NCBI GenBank assembly: GCA_964016885.1
Contig: OZ024746.1
Span: 29,326,001-29,390,000, forward strand
DNA: 64,000 nt
Source: Eledone cirrhosa
Lineage: Eukaryota
Direction: 5' to 3'
This document shows, piece after piece, positions 25,179 to 36,689 of this stretch. Each line of letters begins with the position of its first letter. The stretch's first letter is position 1. The notes beneath the pieces were generated by a model. The model did no database searches. It was not told the DNA's origin and saw only the letters and a program-made list of their open reading frames with translations. The position numbers were made by a program, and so were the translations under genes.

Positions 25179-26810
25179 TCATATGATATTCGGACAAATC
25201 CTGTTCAACATATCATCCAACATGTTAGCCATCACAGTAGTCGGTATTTGTGTGTACATGTTAATAAACTCGTTTTTCGTATCACTGTTTTGCCACTTCA
25301 GGTACTTTAACTTTCGCCACATGGATATGGATCGGAAATGGGCATTATTATCTGGCCAATAGGTAGGAAAGAACTCAATAACCCCAGCATGTTTCGGTAG
25401 AAACAGTGAATGGGTCATTCCCGCCCCGTGCATTCCAATTAAAATATCTGTATTTATAATCCAGTTAAGTTGCATGTCTATTGTAAAGAGATCTATTTGT
25501 ATTCCTTTCACCGAGTGTTTTTTACCTGAAAGACGTTTCCTTGCTTGCTCTAATAGACTTAACTCATTTCTGATTTTCCGCGAGACTAACCCCTTTGGGT
25601 TTCTCGGGTGAGCGATGTAGTCCCGCCTCCAGATGAACAAAACGTTCAAACCGGAACAATCAAGTTCTCTGTTTGCTGTTTGGTTGAATCTTTTCAAGAA
25701 GAAATCCCTGAATTCTTCAACATATGGTAATGTATCACGGTCCATTTGCATAATTGGACTGTTATATCCCATAATACTCCAAACGAGTTCACGGAATATG
25801 ACAGGCCTTTTAATCCTTTTTAATCTAGTGTATCCTGCAAAAAGATTTTTCCAAATCGTATCTAGTGAACCTTTGGGGTGTCCATCAATCCAAAGAATTC
25901 GGACGTTTTGTGGTTGTTGTTTAAATACAAGCAACATGAGAAATGCATTATAAAAATCCGTCATGGTGTGATAGAAGTTCACGTATTCATAACGTGTAAT
26001 TGCTATCGTAAAGCACGTTTCAGTAAATATGCTTTGATATCTGAAATTAGAAGTTCCTTTTAACACTGACCACCAATCATTCAAGTGGTTTCTTTTCAAA
26101 AATTGATATGTCGATATCGAATGGCACTTTATCTTAAAGAAGCCCGGTTCGAGATTTAAATATTCTTCTTCTTCTGATTGGTTAAACACAGCCTTAAGGT
26201 TTTCTCCCCCTTCATGACCCTTGCACAGTTTTGTGTCAATTAAAACATCGTTTAGCTTTGCGAATTCACTGGAAAAACACTCGATTCTCTTTGAACAAAA
26301 ATAAGCTCGGTTTTTAATCCAGCTAGAAACTGTTGGATCTTTTATAATGAAGTCTTTTGAGAAATATGGGAAATATGTGTTTGAGGATGAGGATGATGAT
26401 GATGATGAGGATGATGATGATGACAATGCTGATGATGGTATTGACTTTAATGATGATGATAACTTTAACGATAATATCTTTGACAATGATGAGTTTGAAG
26501 ATGACGAAGATGAGGTTAATGATGACGATTTTGAAGATGATGATAATGACGATGATGAGGATCTTGATTTAGATTTCAATAGATAGTACGTGTTATTCCG
26601 CATGGAATGTTTGTGAATAAATGCATCCTGTAGAAAAAGTCTATTTAGAGATAACGGATCTCTCTCTGTAAAGAAATTGGTTTTGGAATTAAAAGTTGGA
26701 ACCAAAAGAACACTCCAGAAAATCATGCCAAAAGCAGCGAAAAAATACGCCAACACGATTAATAGCAACGATCGCTGAGCGTCAAATTTGGCGAAGCGTC
26801 GAAACCGCAT
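25179..26810 (-). CDS. Glycosyltransferase family 61, type II membrane protein; beta-1,2-xylosyltransferase-like (intronless CDS)
   Basis: ORF 25179-26882 with first ATG at 26810 (MRFRRF). N-terminal TM helix (LLLIVLAYFFAAFGMIFWSVLLV) and Ser-rich stem. GT61 motifs ITRYEYVNFYHTMTDFYNAF, IDGHP, RRDYIAHPR and DILIGMHGAGMTHSLFLP. Confidence 0.88.
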   Translation of the reverse strand: MRFRRFAKFDAQRSLLLIVLAYFFAAFGMIFWSVLLVPTFNSKTNFFTERDPLSLNRLFLQDAFIHKHSMRNNTYYLLKSKSRSSSSSLSSSSKSSSLTSSSSSSNSSLSKILSLKLSSSLKSIPSSALSSSSSSSSSSSSSSNTYFPYFSKDFIIKDPTVSSWIKNRAYFCSKRIECFSSEFAKLNDVLIDTKLCKGHEGGENLKAVFNQSEEEEYLNLEPGFFKIKCHSISTYQFLKRNHLNDWWSVLKGTSNFRYQSIFTETCFTIAITRYEYVNFYHTMTDFYNAFLMLLVFKQQPQNVRILWIDGHPKGSLDTIWKNLFAGYTRLKRIKRPVIFRELVWSIMGYNSPIMQMDRDTLPYVEEFRDFFLKRFNQTANRELDCSGLNVLFIWRRDYIAHPRNPKGLVSRKIRNELSLLEQARKRLSGKKHSVKGIQIDLFTIDMQLNWIINTDILIGMHGAGMTHSLFLPKHAGVIEFFPTYWPDNNAHFRSISMWRKLKYLKWQNSDTKNEFINMYTQIPTTVMANMLDDMLNRICPNII

Positions 26811-27344
26811 TTTGGCTGCTGAAGTAGAGCGGTGAGTCCTGAGATGGAAAAAATCTTTAGTTGTGCGAAGCGTATCATTCAATTTAAGTTAGCTACGGAG
26901 TTCTTCTACGTTTGAGTTTCATTTGGGAAATAGTTGTAAAATCATCCGCTATGTTTTCTCTCCAGGCATTTGTTTTTGTTATTGACGTTACTATTGCTAT
27001 TGTTGTTGCTGCTGTTGTTGTTTTTGTTGTTGGTGTTCTTGTTGTTATTGTTGTTGTTGTTGTTGTTGGTGGTGGTTGTTGGTTGTTGCCGTTGTCGTTA
27101 CGGTGGTGGTGGTGATTGATATTGCAAGAGCTGCTGAATTTGTTGTTGCTTGTATTGTTGTTGTTGTTGTTGTTGTTATTGATGTGTCTTCTACTTTTGA
27201 AAATGCTGCTACTGCTGCCGACGTTGTTCTTCTTGTTGTTGTTCTTGCCAGAGGACATGTATTCCGGATTAGTGGGTGGCAAGATTATTGACAAATATTG
27301 TTTTCGTATCGATTTTCCATTCGATTTTCAATAACTGGTTTCCC

Positions 27345-27375
27345 TAGAGAAGAAAAAGAAAGAGGGAAAAAAAAA
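27345..27375 (-). promoter_or_regulatory. Candidate 3' splice acceptor of the exon carrying the GT61 CDS
   Basis: Minus strand reads tttttttccctctttctttttcttctag|GGAAACC: a long polypyrimidine tract plus AG, about 535 nt upstream of the ATG. Confidence 0.55.
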
Positions 27376-27972
27376 TCATTAAATAAAAATAACGAGAAAT
27401 AAAAACAAAACAAAAGAAAAAGAAAAGGACCGTATTCAGCGTTGCTGATAATCAAAGATGGCGACAAGTTGTTAGTTGATATTACAACATGGCGCTGATT
27501 TAATATCACTCAGTCGAAAAATAGAGCCTTTTGCGTCATAAAACATAACAGTAAAATACTAAAACAAAATTCGAGAAACATATACTCCAATTGAGTTTAA
27601 CCAGAGCAAAAATCCCTAAAAAATCGAAGATAATCCTCGAAACACGAACTCAGGGGGCTTCGTATAACTAAGTTCTATATATTATAATTGTTTCTACTTT
27701 TGACTCAAGGCCAGCAATTATCCCAGTGTATTACTGGAACTTTATTTTATCGACCCCGTAAGGATGAAAGGCAAAGTCAACCTCGGCGGGATTTGAACTC
27801 ATATATTATAAATTATATATATATATATATATATAACTCATATATTAAGTTCTATATATTATAATGATTGTTGTTGTAGTTTTGTTGTTATAGTTGTTGT
27901 TGTTATTGTTGTTGGTGTTATCTTAGCTTGAAATTATTACTCCCGTTACTCTCTGACCTCTCTATATACATA

Positions 27973-28056
<84 letters not shown>

Positions 28057-28187
28057 TGTATATATATATATGTGTATATTCAAATATATATGTATATGCA
28101 TATTTATATGTGTATATATGTATATATATGTATGTATATATAAATATATATATATATATATAAATGTATGTATGTATATGTATATGT

Positions 28188-28252
<65 letters not shown>

Positions 28253-28306
28253 TTTGTCTGTGCGTGGGCGTGCGCGCATGTTTTTTTCTTGTGTACGTGG
28301 CATGAT

Positions 28307-28347
<41 letters not shown>

Positions 28348-29486
28348 AAGTTTGACCCCGACGACAGAGCTCTAGCCGTTTCGACGGCTATTTCTGGACT
28401 AAATTAGAATTTTCAGCGTGGTAAATAAATAGCGGAACTTTTCAAGGGGGGAATTCCTTATATGGGAAGATTGTAGTTGTCAAGAAGATTGGTCAAAATT
28501 TCTTGTAAACACAATTTAGTCTATCATGGCAGTGGGTGGGAGGTGGGAGGTGGTGGGTGACTGAAAATTCCTGTAGAACAATGAGGGAGTGGGTGGAGCC
28601 GGTCAAGCGTTGAAAGTGAATTCTATACAACAAATTCTAAGGAGTGTGTATGGAAATAGGCTAGAGGAAGCAGGCGAAAAAAGATACTGGAGAAAATAGA
28701 GAAGGGACGTTATAGAATAGGTAAATCAATTAAGATTAGAAAATAATAAATAAATAAAAAAATATAAAAATATAAAATTGGATAGTACGAAGTGATAAAA
28801 AATCACTAGAGTCTAAAATCGCTGCTATATTTAGTTGGTATTGCGTTTTCGGCCAATGCTATAGAATAGGTTAATAAGTTGAGAATAGAAGATACCAAAT
28901 AAATAAAAAAATTATAAAATTATAGAATTGGGTAGTAAAAAGTAATACAGAATCTCTAGGGTCAAACATTTTCCTATTACCCACTCTACTTCCCTAAGTA
29001 TTGAGTACTCTGATGCGCTATGGTCCATCTGGTTCCTTACCACACCTCCTTCGTTATATATATATATATATATATAGTTATGTAATAAACAACATGAGGT
29101 AATTATTTCATTTACCAGTGGTTTCTTGAAAGCAAACAAATTTTGCTTTCAATCATCAGAATGAAAAAAATCCTGGTGTATTTATTGACATTGGATTTTA
29201 AAAACAAAAATATAATCTATATGAAAGTGAGGCTGGAAAAGGAAGAAGGAAAGGAAAAATAAACACACATGCACACACACATATATACATAGACACACAC
29301 ATATACATACACACATACATATACATACATATATATCCATATATATATGTATATATATATACATATACATACATACACACATACATACACGTACAAATAC
29401 ACATACATATACATATACATACATACACATATATATATCCACATATCCATACATACACATACGCAAAAATACACAAACACACACAC

Positions 29487-29533
<47 letters not shown>

Positions 29534-29858
29534 ATCATACACATATGCACACGTACATACGCACACATACATACCACGCATACATACGCACACACAAATA
29601 TAGATATATGTACACACACCTACATACGCACACACACAAAAAAATAATAGACGACCATATCGGACGTCACATAAGAATAAAAAAAATGTAAAAATTATTA
29701 TAAAGTAGACAGCGATACAGGAGACAAATAAATGACCAAACACACGTGGTAAGCAATACACACACTTACACATACACATACATATCAATAAATACATACA
29801 CACACACACATACACATACATATACACATACTTATACATACACATATACATACACATG

Positions 29859-29916
<58 letters not shown>

Positions 29917-30102
29917 CATATACACACGCACATACATATAAATACATACACACACATGTATGTGTGTAAAACTCATTCTTAGATGTATTCATTGAACCTT
30001 GTTTAACTCTTAAATAATATACACATATATACACACACACATGTATATATATATATATATATATATAATATAAAATCAAAAGATGGTTAAAAGAGTTCCA
30101 AG

Positions 30103-30173
30103 TATTTTATTATGGGCATTTCAAAAACATATATCATCATGAGATGATATCTGCGTTTTCATCAGATAAAATA
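30103..30173 (-). ncRNA. Type I hammerhead ribozyme
   Basis: tattttat-CTGATGA-aaacgcagatatcatc tcat gatgatatatgttttt-GAAA-TG CC CA-TA|ataaaata. Perfect 8-bp stem I, long stem II, AUA triplet. Confidence 0.8.
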
Positions 30174-30438
30174 GGGATACATGATATGAAGGTTAAAAAA
30201 CAGTTGTGAATAGTGAAGTTTTAAAAAAACTTCACTATTCACAAGTGTTTTTTAACCTTCATATCATGTATCCCTATTTTATCAGATGCATAGACAATAC
30301 AAGTTTTGATATACGGAAAGATACTTTTGATATATATTGCAGTAAAGTTAAAAATCTCTATAACAAGTATGGAGAACTTATACTGTTAGTAACAAAAGGA
30401 ATTCATAGTCATTGTAATGAGGGATTACACAATTTTAT

Positions 30439-30549
30439 ATACAGGCCGTCCCCTCCAAAAAATGTATACACACTTCAACAGCATTCTAATAAATATTGCC
30501 TGTATAGGTAATCAAAGTGTGTATACATTTTTTGGGGACACCTTGTATT
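30439..30549. mobile_element. About 105-bp Tc1/mariner-type MITE; copies at 47273-47380 and 49363-49466
   Basis: Consensus TIR TA|CAGGGTGTCCCCAAAAAATGTATACA. Confidence 0.75.
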
Positions 30550-32150
30550 CAATAAGATAAAATGAGTTCAGGGTTTGTTGATTCTATTTCCTTTTATCTG
30601 GACCTGGGCTACACTTAACTGATACCATTCCTTCTTCTGTAATATTAGTTGGACTTTAGCTACTCTTAACACAACCTACCATGTTTCAAATATTCAAACT
30701 CCATTTTTTATTTGACGGTATCTCCTTTTCTCCCTTCTTTCTACCACCAGAAGCCATAAAAAGGCTTTTTTTAATATTAGGTCTTATACTTCAGATGTTA
30801 CAACACACACATTATTAGTAAATACTTTCTTTCCAGCAATTCCCTATTCAAAGAACAATACAAGTCACACATAGAACTGCACGCAGTTGTTTACCAGAAT
30901 AGGAGAGTGTTAAATGACTTTCGGATTTCTACTTTGTTTCCTAACACATTAGCATATCTATTGATGAAGTGACGATAGAATTGATTGCTTTCTAACTGGC
31001 AATGTCCGAGTAAGACGCCTATACCCATATAAATCTAAGTATTATTGTTTTTATGGTGATATGAGGTTAGAATCTTTCTCATCGGCTTGATATATGTTAG
31101 AAACGGATAAAATTAAATTATATAATATGATTGCACTGGAGATAAAAGCTTCCTTTTTGTAGCTTCGTCTTTACCAAAGAGACTTTGAAACTAACACCAT
31201 AGATTCAGAAGAACATGAATGAGCTCCGTTTGTAATTTTCTTTAAGCGAAATAAATCTGTAGATAATTATATGTTTGACATAACTATTGGAAACCAACGT
31301 TTGTTGCTGCACTCATATAAACTCATCGAATTTTTGTTTTCTTATCTCATTAAGTGCTGTTATTCTTTTAGTGCGCACAAGTGTGTGAAGGATTTGGTGG
31401 CTAAGTTCATGTTGCTTATTGAATTTATACAACGTGATGGTGACGTTGTGGGGTCATATTTGGCAGAGGTCTATCTGCAAACAACACAGACATACACACA
31501 AAATAAAAATATTAACCCCGATGTTGTAAAGCATAGAAAGCCACGTAATTACTGTCACACTAACGATTACTCACATCTCACAATGTATTTGTTGCTGCAA
31601 CAGATATAAATAAAATGTAACACAATGACAAGAAATTTACACACACACACACACACATACACACACATACACCCCCCCCCACATATATATATATACAATC
31701 TAGTTACCGAGGCTATAAGAAATACATTTTCTATAATCACAGTTGCTCAGAATTATTCACTCAATAAGAAATAATTTGAACGTACACTCGAGATAACTTT
31801 TCATAGACTGCTAACCAAATGTATATTTCTAATGGTGTGGTTACACATAGTTCTGTCCCGGGTCCAATGGGTTTCTGCAAGTGCGGACTGCACTAACAGT
31901 CGAAACTTGCAATCTACCAGTTACACTGGCAGCATAAGTGCAACTATGCAAGCCAAAATACTTCAATGCTTCGCCAGCGGATATTACTAAATAGCGAGAA
32001 ACTCGAGGTAGCCTGTCCATTCTGTGCGTCGGTCAATTACTGCTACTTTGGCCAAAGTCATTGGTATCAAGGGACTATGCCTGGCGGGAAAATTGAAATG
32101 TATATTTCTAAATAATTGCCGTTATAGATTTCAACCATTTGAAAAATAAA

Positions 32151-32187
<37 letters not shown>

Positions 32188-32209
32188 AATACATACTCAG
32201 ACGCACGCG

Positions 32210-32319
<110 letters not shown>

Positions 32320-34004
32320 CATATTATTGACTGGTATTTTTCTATCAGTGAGTTGCTCACATTGTCATCACAGTCTTTAATAACCAATAGATCAGCTGAC
32401 ATTTTCATCTCAGTCCGTAACAATCGACAGATCAGCTCACATTATCATTACAATCGTTAACAATTGGGAAATCAGCTCACATTGCCATCACAGTCCTTCA
32501 TAATCGAAAGATATTGATAAAAACGTATTACTTAATAACATTATATCACGTCAGAATTACAATAACGAAACAAGTCCATAAACATTACTTACCGCCAGAA
32601 CTACAGTAATGAATAGTTCTGTACACATTACATACCACAAGAGCTACAATAACGAATAGTTCTGTACACTTTAGTCTTTCACTTGGTTATAGTCAAGCAT
32701 AAAATAATATTCAACAATGTTTCATGCAGTAAGGGTGAACTAATTTGTGCTGGAATTATCAACATCACTCGTAGAGATAACTCACTATAGCGACTAACTG
32801 CGATGCTGCGAAAGAAATTGGCATAATGGTCAGAGCTGTATTGATTAGTTGGTTGAAGATAGGAATCGATAGAGTTATATTTTATCATCAGTCTAGCATA
32901 TATCTTTTCATAACTTTTGAATAACATTAATAATACTTGGACTTAAAAGAAAAGTATTTTGAATTTCATTATTGTACTGGTTCATGAAAAACAGCCATAA
33001 GAACAACAATAAAATAGCGATGTTGGCCAGCGCTCAGTTCTAGAATAGCAAGTTCATTCTGATAGAAATGAAAGTGTTGAATCTTTCTTGGCTTCGACTA
33101 GAACTCTTCCAGTTGTTTGATCAACAAAAAAGCCTGGTCAAGATTAACATGTAACTAGTTTAGCAGCTCACAGGCACATTTACCCATAACGAACCTTTAA
33201 AGGATATTCTGCCTGATGCAATGTGTGGCAAGGCTGTACCTTTGAATTACACATACAGTCCATGTTGTATTATTATTTTTATCGATCGACTTTCGTCAAA
33301 TCGGACCGAGAAAACAATGTTTCCGTTGGTCTTTCCAGTTGCTAATACTATCTATCGGTCGCAACTCCAGGTAGAAGGAGCAACGTGAAATAAAATGTCT
33401 TGCTCAAGGACATAACGTATCACGGTCGGTCCAGGAATCGAACTGACAACCTCACGATTGCGAATCCAGTTCTCTAACCAATCAGTCACACGCATTCACT
33501 CTGTTGTATTTTAGTGCAAATAACTGAGCGTTCCACAGATAAGTGTTTCCTTAATGTAATTCTCAGGGAGATTCAGCATTGTAGTGTGTGTGAAATAGAA
33601 GTACAACTCATTTTTTTTCCAGTTTGATAGACTAGAACAACATGAAATAGATTTTCTTACTCAACGACACATGCCGGTGGGAAAATAGAAATTACCATTT
33701 TACGATCGTAAACGGAACACATTAACTACTAAGCCATCTACCTTCAAGATTATATTTAGAACATTTTGATGGTATATTGAACCTGTCACCGGTGTAACAT
33801 CATCTCCTGACCCTATTCTTGACAGACGTATAGCGTACAATAACCAGGCATCACCCCAGCCACTTTGTCAAGTTCTTCATCTCTATAAAGGCAACATTTC
33901 GGAATTACCTCCCTTTAAATGTTTTATAGTGCGATTGATTGCCGGACTGGATGTTTTGCTGTATCTTGTCCCGTTTCTGTTTGTTAACCCTTTGCCTTAC
34001 AGGT

Positions 34005-34170
34005 ACAGATCATCCGACCGTCTTTCACACAGTTTTTCATTACTTAATTCCACTTATATGACTTGAGTCGACCTCAAGATATGGTAAAGACACTTGCCCA
34101 AGGTGCCGCACAGCAAATCGAACCAGACTCCACGTATTTGCAAAGTAAACTTTTTAAATACATAGTGATG
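34005..34170 (-). mobile_element. Third SINE family (CORE-like ccttgggcaagtgtc)
   Basis: Relatives at about 9470-9635 and 15545-15700. Confidence 0.55.
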
Positions 34171-34812
34171 ATGTGTCAACCAACCAACCAGCCAACAAAC
34201 CAACCAACAAACCAACCACTCAACCAACCAACTAACCAATGAAACAGTCAACCATGCAACAGTTGGAAGATGTTGTAAATGAAGTATTTTGAATGGTGAA
34301 ACATATATTTAAAGTTTTATTTATAGTAGAAAACATTTGTCAAATGCGGCGCTGTGAGGTTGAACAAGATCTCACGTAATTACTGAGCCACAATCTTAAC
34401 CACACAGCCTGCTTTCCCCAACACCCAAGAAGTATTTGCTAAAACATAAATTGTCCTTACCTTACAAGCAGCTTAAGTGTGGCTGGTCGTTAGAAACGTA
34501 CAAGATAATTTCCTCGGCAATAAGAATCTCATATATACAAGAACTTCTCGCCTCTATCCAATTATACAACTTGACTAGAATGACAGCTGCACAGCTGCAC
34601 TATTTGCATTTTTATGTAATAAAACACAGATTTCTAGAGCGGGCAATGATATTTGAACGCATGCATTGGATAAGTTGTTACATCCGTAAGTGTTTAAAAG
34701 AGCGATCGTGTGATTAAGCTAGCCTGATAGCTATCTAAATGTTGATTGTTGAAATATATCGACAAATAAGTAAAAGAGAGGTAGAGGTATCACACATACA
34801 CACATATATACG

Positions 34813-34902
<90 letters not shown>

Positions 34903-35005
34903 TGAGAGAGAGATAATGAGAGAGTTAGTTGGGAATATATCAAAGGTGTTCTGTTATCAGCTTTACATTGGACAACATAGTATCTCTCCTGTAACGTTCG
35001 ATAAA

Positions 35006-35049
<44 letters not shown>

Positions 35050-35051
<2 letters not shown>

Positions 35052-36680
35052 TTTTCTTTATTAACCACAAGGGTTCACATAAAGTAGACATTAAGGACAG
35101 TACAGCACAATACAGGACGGTACAAATGGGCATATCTGCGTGTAAAAAAAAACAGAGGTTGAAATAAAATAACAAAGAAAAATTCCCCAATAGGGGAGAG
35201 ACTTCCAAGGGACATTTGTGGAGAAAGCCCATTAAAAGACCACAGTGGCCCTGACCACCAGGGCAAGTGCCCTCTCCCAGTTTTCCACCTTTAATTTACA
35301 GACACATACTCAGAGAAGGCCCATTCATTCGGGCCATACTTGCTTCTCTCACCCATCTTTCAACAAAATGCTGGGAAGAGAGCACTTCCCTCTCTACCCT
35401 GATTTTCCTTTTCAAATGAAATTTGAAAAAGTTAATCAGGGCATCACCGAAGAGGTAAGTGCTCGTCTTCAGCCCTTTCAAACGTGTCCACCATACTATC
35501 TCTTTCGCCATGGCCACCAGACAGATAAAAACTGCCTGCCCTTCCAGGCTAAAGGAAGGGGGCGGGGCAATCCTCACGATGGACTCAGCTGATAGCTGGA
35601 TCCGTCCTACACGTGACAGCAGGTGTTCGACATAAACCCACAAGTCAGCAATGCTCGGACACTGGACGAGTGCGTGCAGGACGGTTTCGTCGCCCTGCGC
35701 GCATCTCGGACATGCCCGGCTGACGGCACCTCCATGCCTGTAGAGTTTATCCCGAACTGGCAAAGCTCCTCGGTAGCACTGCCAGGCCAGGGATTTCTGG
35801 AAGTTGTCCATAGGCCCTGGCCCGAAAGTCCTTCCGAAGAGATTGGCTAGTTGATTTTCGTCGACGCCTAGAGTTTCTCCAAGTACGTCGTCGCTCTTCC
35901 CCTCCACTAATCCCCTATAGAACGCCAAGGTGGAGTTTCCACCGATCACATTGCCCGATTGGCCGAGGGCTGTGAGCGCCTGAAGACATTCCAGTCTCCA
36001 AGCGCCCCCTCTCGGTCTTCGCTTGACCCAGGACTGCAGCTCCGTCAAGGAGACGAGCTGGGGAAAAACGTGTCTTGCAAACGGCGACCACACCTGATCA
36101 CCGTCGAGGAAGAGGTGGAGATGTCGTAGCCTGAGCGCGTGTCTGCGCATCATCAGCCACGGCATGCCCAGCCCTCCACGTAGCGGGTGTTGATAGCAGA
36201 TGGACCGCCTGACCATCGGAGCGCGTCCCTTCCACAAGAAGCGAAAGAGCAAACGCTCCAGCGCAGTCAGGCGGGGCTTAGTACAAGGTACGACGGTCAG
36301 GCGGTAGTAGATGACGGATGCGATGTACGCATTCGCCACCTCCGCTCGACCTTTCAGGGATAGCTTCCTCTCGGCCCATTTCTGGGTGAGAGAAGCCACC
36401 CTGCTCGTCACCTCGTCCCAGTTTTTGTCCGTCTGGAGGTCTGGACCGAACCAGACCCCTAGCAATTTAACCGGTCCGTCCGTCCAGCGCCCGACGACGC
36501 TGTTGGACGGCATGGACCTGCCTCTCCAGGTGCCGAGCTGCAGGCCCACTGACTTTTCCTGGTTGATCATTGCTCCTGTCACCGCTTCGTATTCTCTTAG
36601 TGTAGTGCCGATCGCCTCGATGTGTTTGGCGTTTGACACCACTACGGTGACATCGTCGGCATATGCTGACACGGATCTTC
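35050..36680 (-). mobile_element. L1/Tx1-clade LINE, 5'-truncated, with open ORF2 3' half (35296-36672)
   Basis: AYADD, VKLLGVWF, LSLKGR, GGLGMP and a C-terminal CPRC...ETVLHALVQC knuckle. 3' UTR with AATAAA and a (TTA)n tail. Confidence 0.92.
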
Positions 36681-36689
36681 CGCATCAAT

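Noticed and set aside
26347-26586. Asp-rich plus-strand ORF
   Set aside because: Antisense shadow of the Ser-rich stem of the GT61 gene.
30560-31270. Possible CR1/L2 RT C-terminal relic
   Set aside because: Too degenerate to support without a profile search.
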